Positions 1 to 6,844 of a DNA stretch of 30,484 bases are shown piece by piece. Numbering within the stretch: position 1 is the first letter of the stretch; each line of letters opens with the position of its first letter. Source of the DNA: a virus (lineage: Duplodnaviria; Caudoviricetes); the IMG/VR virus record IMGVR_UViG_3300036773_000144, positions 1 through 30,484 of that record, one strand, 5' to 3'. The position numbers and the translations under genes were made by a program. The notes below the pieces were generated by a model, which worked only from the letters and a program-made list of their open reading frames with translations, ran no database searches and was not told where the DNA came from.

Positions 1-93
1 CCGGCCGAGCGTGCCGGCGGCCAGGCGGACGGGACCGGCGACGACCGCCAGGCCACCGACGCCGACACGCGGGACAGCAACTCCCAGCGCTAA
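1..93 (+). CDS. 3' end of upstream gene (partial; ...PAERAGGQADGTGDDRQATDADTRDSNSQR*)
   Basis: Frame 1 is open from the window edge to TAA at 91-93, with GC3-rich codons, followed by a hairpin. Confidence 0.55.
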   Translation, partial: PAERAGGQADGTGDDRQATDADTRDSNSQR

Positions 94-106
94 CAGCACC
101 TCCCAC

Positions 107-140
107 CGGAAGCCCTGAGCCGTCTGGCCCGGGGCTTCCG
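107..140 (+). terminator. Stem-loop (possible terminator or processing site)
   Basis: CGGAAGCCC (107-115) and GGGCTTCCG (132-140) form an inverted repeat between genes. No U-tract. Confidence 0.5.
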
Positions 141-166
141 CTCGTCAAGGCATAAGGAGGTCCGCC

Positions 167-430
167 ATGGCGCTGCTCACCCCCGATCAGGCTCAGATCA
201 GGTATCAGGACGGCAACTGCGACCGCACCGCGCTGGTGTCGCTGTTGAACGTCTCCGCGGCCGACACGGTGGATCTGGTGTCGGTGATGCGGGTGGTCAA
301 GCGGTGCGGGATCGTGTCGGCGACCGGCACGACGATCGCGGGCTGCTCGATCACCGGCACTGTCGTGACGATCCCGGCCGGCCCGACCAATGACGGTGTG
401 TGGCTGCTGGCTGTCGGGGTGGCGGCCTGA
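167..430 (+). CDS. Hypothetical virion protein (87 aa, beta-rich)
   Basis: Strong RBS AAGGAGG at 154-160. Lies in the structural operon. V/T/G/A-rich. Confidence 0.8.
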   Translation: MALLTPDQAQIRYQDGNCDRTALVSLLNVSAADTVDLVSVMRVVKRCGIVSATGTTIAGCSITGTVVTIPAGPTNDGVWLLAVGVAA

Positions 431-922
431 ATGGCTGAGCGTCTGTTCTTCGCCGCGAACGGGGCGATGCCGACCACGGCCGCGGTTGCGGGCGTGACGA
501 CGGGCACGGCGATCAAGACGCTGCTGCAGATCGCGACGCCGTCGACCACGGGCATCACGGTGGTCGAGTGGGGCATCTCGTTCGACGGGGCTCCGTCGGC
601 GATCAAGTGTGAGCTGGTGGAGACCGATGTCGCGGCGACGGTGACCGCGCATGTCGCGGCCGGTGTGCAGCCGTACTCGGTGGCGGACGGTACCGCGTCG
701 GTGATGACGTTGGGCACCGCGGCGACCGGGTACACGGCGTCGGCGGAGGGTACGACCACGGCGACGAAGTACGCGGATGTGCAGTATCTGTCGACGAACA
801 CGTACGTGAAGCAGTTCGTGCTGAGCCGCGAGTTCGTGGTGAAGCCGTCGAAGTTCCTGCGGGTCCGGGTCACCGCGGCGGCGGCCGTCAACGCGACCTG
901 TTACGTCATCTGGGGCGAGTGA
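431..922 (+). CDS. Putative virion structural protein (163 aa, beta-sandwich-like)
   Basis: Abuts the previous stop. T/A/V-rich, ending LRVRVTAAAAVNATCYVIWGE, typical of small phage structural subunits. Confidence 0.8.
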   Translation: MAERLFFAANGAMPTTAAVAGVTTGTAIKTLLQIATPSTTGITVVEWGISFDGAPSAIKCELVETDVAATVTAHVAAGVQPYSVADGTASVMTLGTAATGYTASAEGTTTATKYADVQYLSTNTYVKQFVLSREFVVKPSKFLRVRVTAAAAVNATCYVIWGE

Positions 923-928
923 CGCGCA

Positions 929-1666
929 GTGGCGCTCGCCCTGACGTCCCAGGCTGGGGCCAGCAACAACACCGACCTCACCCAGTACACGACCGCCAGC
1001 TTCACCCCGTCGGCGAATGCGCTGCTGATCGCGGTCGTGCAGACGGTGAAGACGGCCACCCCGACGCAGCACCCCACCTTGTCGAGCTCGCACAGCCTGA
1101 CGACGGGCTGGACGAGCATCCTCGAGCACGACTGGAAGACGTCCGGTAACGCGTTCAGCTTGTCGCTGTGGGCGGCCGTGACCGGCGCCAGCCCGGGCGC
1201 GAGCGCGGTGACGATCGACTACGCCGGGGTGACGGTGATCGGCGGCGGCTGGTCGATTTTCGATGTGACCGGCGGCCCGACGACCAGCCTCGGTCCGGGC
1301 GCGGGTGCGGCGATCGTGCAGCTGGTCAACACCACCCCGAACCTGGCGAACGCCACGACGGTGTCGCTGACCCTGGCCGCCGCCTCGGACGCGGGGAACC
1401 GGCCGGTGTCGGCGTGGGGTCACAACATCAACGAGGGTCAGACGCCGCGGGCCGGGTGGACGGAGCTGCACGACCTGATCGCCGCCGGCCCGAGCCGGGA
1501 CGTCGAGACGCAGTGGAACGCGACGAGTTTCGACACGACGGCGAGTTCGTCGTGGGCGACGTCGTCGCAGACCGGCGGGTTCGCGTTCGAGCTGAACTCG
1601 GTTCTGTCGGCCCCTAACGCTCCCGTGCTGGTGCGGCAGGCGGTGGCACGGGCCGCTACCCGGTAG
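929..1666 (+). CDS. Putative fibre/receptor-binding beta-domain protein (245 aa)
   Basis: GTG start. T/S/A/W-rich (YTTASFTPSANALLIAVV...GWTS...SLSLWAAV), resembling actinophage fibre domains. Basic C-terminal tail. Confidence 0.7.
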   Translation: MALALTSQAGASNNTDLTQYTTASFTPSANALLIAVVQTVKTATPTQHPTLSSSHSLTTGWTSILEHDWKTSGNAFSLSLWAAVTGASPGASAVTIDYAGVTVIGGGWSIFDVTGGPTTSLGPGAGAAIVQLVNTTPNLANATTVSLTLAAASDAGNRPVSAWGHNINEGQTPRAGWTELHDLIAAGPSRDVETQWNATSFDTTASSSWATSSQTGGFAFELNSVLSAPNAPVLVRQAVARAATR

Positions 1667-1675
1667 GGAGTCGGC

Positions 1676-2665
1676 ATGGCGCGTCTCGGCCGGTCCCGTC
1701 CCGCGCACGTCTTCATCGCGCCGCGCGCCGGCGTCACGATCACCGCCACCGCCTCGGTGGCCGGCGCGGGCGCGGCTGCCGCGTCCGCGAGTCAGGCGGC
1801 CTCCGCCGCGGTCGCCGGGGTCGGATCGACGTCCTCGACTGCTGTCGTCCGCGTCGCCGGTACTGCGGCCGCCGGCGTCGGCGTTGCGACCGGCAATGCC
1901 GTACAGGTGGCCGGTTCGTCGCCGGCCGGCGTCGGCGCCGCGACGGGCAGCGCGGCAGTGACTGTTCCCGGCCTGGCCTCGGTCGCCGGTGTGGGCGTAG
2001 CTACGGCGGTCGCCGTGCAGTCGGCTGGCTCTTCGCCGGCCGCCGCGGGTTCGGTTTCGGCGCTGGCATCGCAGTCGGCGACTGCCGCTTCGGCTGGTGC
2101 GGGTTCGACGTCCGCGGTCGTCACGCTTCGGGTCACCGCGTCGGCGTCGGGTGCGGGCGTCGCCACGGCACTCGTGGTGCAGGTCGCCTCGTCGGCAGCC
2201 GTCGGCGCCGGTGTGGCGACGGCGAACCCGGCCGGCACGGTTTCCGGCACCGCCTCGACGGCGGGTGCTGGTTCGACAGCGGCGACGGTGACGCAGCGGG
2301 CTCCGGCCGCTGTCGCCGGCGCCGGGGCTGCGACCGCGACCGGCCGGACCGGCAGCACGGCGAACGCTGCCGGGAGCGGCTCGACCTCCGCCGTAGCCGC
2401 TCAGCTTGCCTCCGCCGCACCAGTGGGTGCGGGTACGGCCACCGCGGCCGGCCGGCTCGTCATCGTCGGCACCGCGTCGGCGGACGGCGCCGGTGTGGTG
2501 GTCGCGGTCCCGAGCGGCGGCAGCCGCATCACTGTGCGGCCGTTCACCGGCACCACCATCCGGCCCTCGTCCGGCACCACCAGTCGGCCGGCCGTCGGCG
2601 TCACTGCCCGGCCGGGTTCCGGCACTACCATCCGACCGTATGCGGGCGTCACCGCCCGCCCTTGA
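1676..2665 (+). CDS. Ala/Gly/Ser/Thr/Val repeat fibre-like protein (329 aa)
   Basis: RBS GGGAG. About 14 repeats of about 17 aa centred on (A/S/V)G(A/V/S)G, plus six C-terminal TxRPxxG repeats. Confidence 0.8.
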   Translation: MARLGRSRPAHVFIAPRAGVTITATASVAGAGAAAASASQAASAAVAGVGSTSSTAVVRVAGTAAAGVGVATGNAVQVAGSSPAGVGAATGSAAVTVPGLASVAGVGVATAVAVQSAGSSPAAAGSVSALASQSATAASAGAGSTSAVVTLRVTASASGAGVATALVVQVASSAAVGAGVATANPAGTVSGTASTAGAGSTAATVTQRAPAAVAGAGAATATGRTGSTANAAGSGSTSAVAAQLASAAPVGAGTATAAGRLVIVGTASADGAGVVVAVPSGGSRITVRPFTGTTIRPSSGTTSRPAVGVTARPGSGTTIRPYAGVTARP

Positions 2666-2679
2666 CCTCGGGAGCCGAC

Positions 2680-2832
2680 ATGTCCGACCAGCCGACACCG
2701 CCGGACCTCGACGAGGCGCCCGGCTGGGTCGTACGCGACCCCGACGGCAACGTCATCGCGTCGGGCCCCCTGACCGAAGCCCAGCCGGCCACCGCCGCGG
2801 GCGAGCCCGACTCCGCTGAGGGAGAGCTGTAG
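2680..2832 (+). CDS. Small acidic hypothetical protein (50 aa, MSDQPTPPDLDEAPGWVVRDPDGNVIASG...)
   Basis: Not in the ORF track. GGGAG RBS, ATG at 2680, and TAG overlapping the next GTG. Fills the gap exactly. Confidence 0.75.
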   Translation: MSDQPTPPDLDEAPGWVVRDPDGNVIASGPLTEAQPATAAGEPDSAEGEL

Positions 2833-3263
2833 TGGCTGCCATCGACCAGGCCATGGTCTCCAAGATGCTGAACCAGACCACCCCGACCGGCACGAGCGGT
2901 GCTCCCGGCTCGTTCGGGTCGGCGCTGGCCGGGTCGGCGATGAAGGTGCGGCTGAACTCGACGGCGTCCAGCGCTTCGGCGGCCGGCACCGAGTTGACCG
3001 GCACCGGATACACGGCGGGCGGCCAGTCGGTGCCGGCCGCGTCCACCGCGTCGTCGGCGGGCAGTGCGGTCACGCTGCCCGCGTCGTCGGCGCTGTCGTG
3101 GACGAACGGGTCCGGCGGCGCCTGGTCGATCGTGTCGTTCGACTTGACCGACAGTGCGGGCGCTCGGACGTGGTTCGGGAACTTCAACGGCCAGCCGATC
3201 AGCGTGGCGATCGGCAACACGTTCCAGGTCGCGGTCGGCGGCGTCTCGATCAGCTTGGCCTGA
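2832..3263 (+). CDS. Phage fibre subunit, mycobacteriophage Gp80-like family (143 aa)
   Basis: Motif pattern GTELTGTGYTAGG...SWT...WSIVSFDLTD...GNTFQV is characteristic of this small minor virion protein family. Confidence 0.7.
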   Translation: MAAIDQAMVSKMLNQTTPTGTSGAPGSFGSALAGSAMKVRLNSTASSASAAGTELTGTGYTAGGQSVPAASTASSAGSAVTLPASSALSWTNGSGGAWSIVSFDLTDSAGARTWFGNFNGQPISVAIGNTFQVAVGGVSISLA

Positions 3264-3264
3264 C

Positions 3265-3669
3265 GTGTCCCGCGCCTCCGGCTTCACTGCACGGGCACAG
3301 GCCAGGTTTGAGGCCGTCCTCATGGACGACACCTGCACGATCCGCCGGCTGACCGGCACCGTGGTTGACGACTTCTCCGGGACCTCAACGCCCACCTACG
3401 CGGACGTCTACACCGGCAAATGCCGCTTCCAGGCCGCCCGGGCCGAGGCCCAGCAGCACGACGCCGGCCAGGACTACCTGCTGCTGCTGCGCCTCGAGCT
3501 GCAGCTGCCGGTGTCGGTCACCGGCGTTGAGGTTGGTGACGTGGTCACGTGCACTGCCTCGGTGTCCGATCCGGACCTTCCAGGCCGCACATTCCGGGTG
3601 CACGATCTCTTCCACAAAACCCATCCGAGCGCGCGGAAAGTGCAGATCACGGAACGGACGGGTTCCTGA
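3265..3669 (+). CDS. Head-to-tail stopper/head closure protein (DUF6093-like, 134 aa)
   Basis: GTG at 3265, right after the previous stop. Motifs LMDDTCTIRR, VYTGKCRFQ, LQLP, GDVV, DPDLPGRTFRV. Confidence 0.85.
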   Translation: MSRASGFTARAQARFEAVLMDDTCTIRRLTGTVVDDFSGTSTPTYADVYTGKCRFQAARAEAQQHDAGQDYLLLLRLELQLPVSVTGVEVGDVVTCTASVSDPDLPGRTFRVHDLFHKTHPSARKVQITERTGS

Positions 3670-4073
3670 TGGCGACCGAGTTCCGCTTCGAGGGTTCCGC
3701 CGATCTGCTGGCATTGCAGCGCGACCTCGAGCGGGCGGCGTCGTTCTCACCGAAGCAGGCCCGGGCCGTGGTCAAGAAGGGCGCGCAGAACATCAAGTCG
3801 GGCGCGCAGAAGCGGGTGGCCGGTCTGAAGCACGCCCCGGCGTACCCGCAGGCCATCACCTACGACACGCATGACACCCCGACCGGCGGGTGGGCTGAGA
3901 TCGGCCCGGACAAGAACAAGCGGCAGGGCGCGCTAGGCAACCTGATCGAGTTCGGGTCGGTCCACAACGCGCCGCGCCCGCACCTCGGCCCTGAGGCGGA
4001 GCTCGAGGAGCCGCGTACCGCCCGCTACCTCGAGCAGCTGGCGGTCGAGTCGCTGGAACGGCCCGGCCGGTGA
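3669..4073 (+). CDS. HK97 gp10-like neck/tail completion protein (134 aa)
   Basis: TGATG overlap. Motifs AEIGPDK...LGNLIEFGS..NAPRPHL. Syntenic position. Confidence 0.8.
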   Translation: MATEFRFEGSADLLALQRDLERAASFSPKQARAVVKKGAQNIKSGAQKRVAGLKHAPAYPQAITYDTHDTPTGGWAEIGPDKNKRQGALGNLIEFGSVHNAPRPHLGPEAELEEPRTARYLEQLAVESLERPGR

Positions 4074-4495
4074 ACGTTCTGCAGGCCCACAAGAAGGTCT
4101 TCCTGGATCTGCTCGACGCCGACAACGTCAGCCCGGCCCTGGCCGTGCTGGACGGCGTCGTCGGCACCGGCCAGCAGATGCCGTACGTGCTGGTCTACTT
4201 CGGTGCGCGTACGCCGCTGAGTGTCGACGAGCCGGACAAGGTGAGCCTGGAGAACACCTGCGACGTCCTGAACGCCACGGTGACCTGTCACAGCGTCGCC
4301 GACAGTGTGCAGGGCGCCCTGGGGGTGGCCGGCCGGGTCCGGGCGGCGCTGCTGGGTGTGACGCCGACGGTCGCGGGCCGGGTGTGTTTCCCGATCGTGC
4401 ACCTCGACGGGGTCCCGGCCTCCCGGGATGAGACGACGTTGGACCCGGTCTTCGACGTGGTCGACCAGTACCGCTTCACCAGCCTGCCCGGCTGA
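4070..4495 (+). CDS. Tail terminator protein (141 aa)
   Basis: GTGA overlap. PYVLVY motif and RVRAALLGVTPTVAGR. Synteny. Confidence 0.75.
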   Translation: MNVLQAHKKVFLDLLDADNVSPALAVLDGVVGTGQQMPYVLVYFGARTPLSVDEPDKVSLENTCDVLNATVTCHSVADSVQGALGVAGRVRAALLGVTPTVAGRVCFPIVHLDGVPASRDETTLDPVFDVVDQYRFTSLPG

Positions 4496-4567
4496 CCCTC
4501 GCTCGCTCGCTACGCCGGCCGTCCGGCGGTCTCACCCTGCCCATCACCAGAAAGGGGGGAGCGCCGC

Positions 4568-4906
4568 ATGACGCTCCAGGCATCCCAAACCGTCAGCGCG
4601 GGCGCGCTCAGTGCGCCCGTGCCTCTCACGCCAGCCGCTTCGGACACGATCGCCAGCGGGAGCTTCGGCCCGGCCGGGGTGCTGATGCGGGTCATCACGA
4701 CCGGCACGGCGACGAACGTGGTCGTCCTCGACCCCGGCTTCTCCCCGTCGTCGAACGCCGGGACGCCGCCGACGCTCGCCGCATCCGCCACCGGCGTGGG
4801 GGAGACGTTGATCCCGCTCAGCGCGATCAACCCGGCGACCGGCGTCGCGACGGTCACGTTCTCCGGCGCCCGGACCGGTGTGACCTACGAACTGAAGAGG
4901 GTGTGA
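4568..4906 (+). CDS. Hypothetical virion protein (112 aa)
   Basis: RBS AAAGGGGGGAG. Beta-rich composition. Lies in the tail operon. Confidence 0.75.
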   Translation: MTLQASQTVSAGALSAPVPLTPAASDTIASGSFGPAGVLMRVITTGTATNVVVLDPGFSPSSNAGTPPTLAASATGVGETLIPLSAINPATGVATVTFSGARTGVTYELKRV

Positions 4907-4910
4907 CGGC

Positions 4911-5270
4911 GTGACCGACAAGCAGACGTACTGGCTCACCTCGGACGGCGCGTACGCGCTGGCCACCGGGGCCGAGGAACGCGACCGCTGGATTCCGCTC
5001 GGCTGGGCCCTGGCCGACGCCGAGCCGGAAGGCCGCGACCGGGTGTGGGCCTGGCACGACGGCATCGAGCTGCCCGCGCAGTTCCCGGCCGGTGCGATGG
5101 CCAGCATCTGGGAGCCGCGCGAGTGGAAGGCCGGCCCGCCCCCGGGCGGCGATCACCCGTTCGCGCAGCAGCCGGCCCCGGTCGGCACCGAGACGCCCGC
5201 GGCCGCACCGGACGCGGCGAAGTCCACGACCACCAAGGCCGCCGCCGACGGCGGGAAGAGCAAGGAGTAA
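4911..5270 (+). CDS. Hypothetical protein (119 aa, Trp-rich N-terminus, low-complexity C-terminus)
   Basis: Fills the gap before the tail tube gene with GC3-rich codons. Confidence 0.75.
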   Translation: MTDKQTYWLTSDGAYALATGAEERDRWIPLGWALADAEPEGRDRVWAWHDGIELPAQFPAGAMASIWEPREWKAGPPPGGDHPFAQQPAPVGTETPAAAPDAAKSTTTKAAADGGKSKE

Positions 5271-5273
5271 GCG

Positions 5274-5753
5274 ATGCCCGACATCATCGGCGACGGCAAA
5301 GAGCGGTGGGACTACGTGCCGTCCATCGCGAGCCAGGCCGCGCCCACCACCACGGAGATCAACGCCGGGATCCGGCTGTCGCAGTTCATGACGAAGGACG
5401 GCGCGACCGGCTTCCAGATCGACACCGCCGACGCGCCGACCAGTTCGCTGGAGTCGACGTTCGACACGGCGACGAACGGCCGCCGGTCGCTGAACAACCC
5501 GCGGCTGCGGTTCAAGAAGCAGTCCGGTTCGGACACCGTCTACGACACGCTGTTGCCGGACACGGCCGCGTTCCTGGTGCGCCGTAAGAGCATCACGGCG
5601 ACCACGGCGGCGGCGTCCGCGCAGAAGGTGTCGGTGTTCCCGATCATCTGCTCGGAGACGTCCTGGCTCGACCAGGACGACAACATGCCGGAACGGTTCG
5701 ACGTGCCGGTGAAGCTGACCGGCCAGCCCACCATCCGCGCCGCGATCGCCTGA
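5274..5753 (+). CDS. Major tail (tube) protein (159 aa)
   Basis: RBS AAGGAG. Motifs DG..RWDYVPSIA..AAPTTTEINAG, FLVRR, KVSVFP. Followed by a terminator and the TAC gene. Confidence 0.88.
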   Translation: MPDIIGDGKERWDYVPSIASQAAPTTTEINAGIRLSQFMTKDGATGFQIDTADAPTSSLESTFDTATNGRRSLNNPRLRFKKQSGSDTVYDTLLPDTAAFLVRRKSITATTAAASAQKVSVFPIICSETSWLDQDDNMPERFDVPVKLTGQPTIRAAIA

Positions 5754-5770
5754 CGTTCGCACCTCACGCA

Positions 5771-5802
5771 GCCCCGGACCCGAAGCGGTCGCGGGGTTTT
5801 TT
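5771..5802 (+). terminator. Rho-independent terminator after the major tail gene
   Basis: GCCCCGGACC-loop-GGTCGCGGGG followed by TTTTTT. Confidence 0.8.
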
Positions 5803-5805
5803 CGT

Positions 5806-5837
5806 GCCCGGCCGGTGCCACCCGACACCGGCCGGGC
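5806..5837. repeat. Perfect 12-bp inverted repeat in the TAC leader
   Basis: GCCCGGCCGGTG (5806-5817) and CACCGGCCGGGC (5826-5837). Confidence 0.7.
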
Positions 5838-5867
5838 GCCCTTCGGGTATCGGGCCAGGAGAATTTC

Positions 5868-6431
5868 GTGAGCGCGTACAAGAACCGTCTGAAGGAAGCA
5901 CGCCGTCCGGAGCGTGCGGTCCCGATCTGCCTGCGCGGTGACCTGCTCGCCGACTGGCAGGCCGCCGAGGAGGAACTGAAGCGGGCCCAGGGTGGCCGCG
6001 GCGACTCCCTCGAGGACGGCGGGATCGCCGAGCTCGCCGAGCGGGTACGGGCCCTCGAGGCGGAGATGCTCGAGCACTCCGACCAGTTCCGGCTGCGGGC
6101 CATGCCCCGCTACAAGTTCCGGGCGCTGGTCGCCGCGCATCCGCCGCGCACCGGTGACGACGGGACGAACCGTGAGGACGCGCAGCTCGGCGTCAACCGC
6201 GACACGTTCTTCCCGGACCTGATCCGCGCCTCGATCGTCGAACCCGTCCTCGACGACGAGGACTGGAAGACGCTGCTCGGCGACCCGGACGACCCGGACG
6301 ACGAGGGCCTGCTCACCGACCGGCAGTTCGGCGACCTCGAGGACGCCGCCTGGTTCCTCAATCGGGGTGAGGTCGACATCCCTTTCTCGCGGGCCGCCTC
6401 GCTGATTCCCCCGACTACCGCCGGCGAGTAG
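5868..6431 (+). CDS. Tail assembly chaperone, short form (G-like, 187 aa)
   Basis: RBS AGGAG. Lies between the tail tube and TMP genes. AAHPPR motif. Slippery site near the 3' end. Confidence 0.88.
   Translation: MSAYKNRLKEARRPERAVPICLRGDLLADWQAAEEELKRAQGGRGDSLEDGGIAELAERVRALEAEMLEHSDQFRLRAMPRYKFRALVAAHPPRTGDDGTNREDAQLGVNRDTFFPDLIRASIVEPVLDDEDWKTLLGDPDDPDDEGLLTDRQFGDLEDAAWFLNRGEVDIPFSRAASLIPPTTAGE
6380..6386 (+). other. -1 programmed ribosomal frameshift site C CCT TTC
   Basis: In-frame X XXY YYZ heptamer (Ile-Pro-Phe). The -1 frame is open from 6371 to 6844. Confidence 0.85.
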
Positions 6432-6844
6432 AGGCCGCCGCCGACCGCGGTATCGCACCGTCGCGGTTCGAGGGCCGCGAGCCGGCGACGACGACCCGCT
6501 ACTTCTACGACCGTCGCGGCCGGATCACCCGGTCGGTGACGACCCGCGAGCCGGAGTGGACGGACCAGGACCGGGCTGAGGTCCTCGCCCTGGCCGTGCA
6601 CCGCGGCCAGCTGTGCCCGGGCGGCTGCGGCCAGCTGCTGGCGGACGGCACCAGCCACTACGAGACCGGGCCTGAGTTCGTCGTGACCTCGACGGTGTGC
6701 CGGGCGTGCGTGGAACGCGACATGGAGATCCAGATCAAGGCCGACCGTAAAGACCCGTACGCCGGTGCCCGCCTGTGGCAGATCACGAAGCGGAAGGCGG
6801 TGGGCGACGGTGAGCCGGACAGTCTCGATCAAGCTGATGGCTGA
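6386..6844 (+). CDS. Tail assembly chaperone, frameshifted extension (T part of G-T; fusion 5868-6844 is about 325 aa)
   Basis: The -1 frame reads LAGRLADSPDYRRRVEAAA...REPEWTDQDR...CPGGCG...CRAC. No good independent start upstream of 6536. Confidence 0.82.
   Translation, partial: LAGRLADSPDYRRRVEAAADRGIAPSRFEGREPATTTRYFYDRRGRITRSVTTREPEWTDQDRAEVLALAVHRGQLCPGGCGQLLADGTSHYETGPEFVVTSTVCRACVERDMEIQIKADRKDPYAGARLWQITKRKAVGDGEPDSLDQADG

Noticed and set aside
1751-2520. Possible PE-PGRS, ice-nucleation or collagen identity for the Ala/Gly repeats
   Set aside because: No PE domain, no GGxGG, AGYGST or Gly-X-Y periodicity. The context is a virion operon.
4497-4528. GCTC tandem and a small CGCCGG/CCGGCG hairpin
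   Set aside because: Too short to be significant at this GC content.
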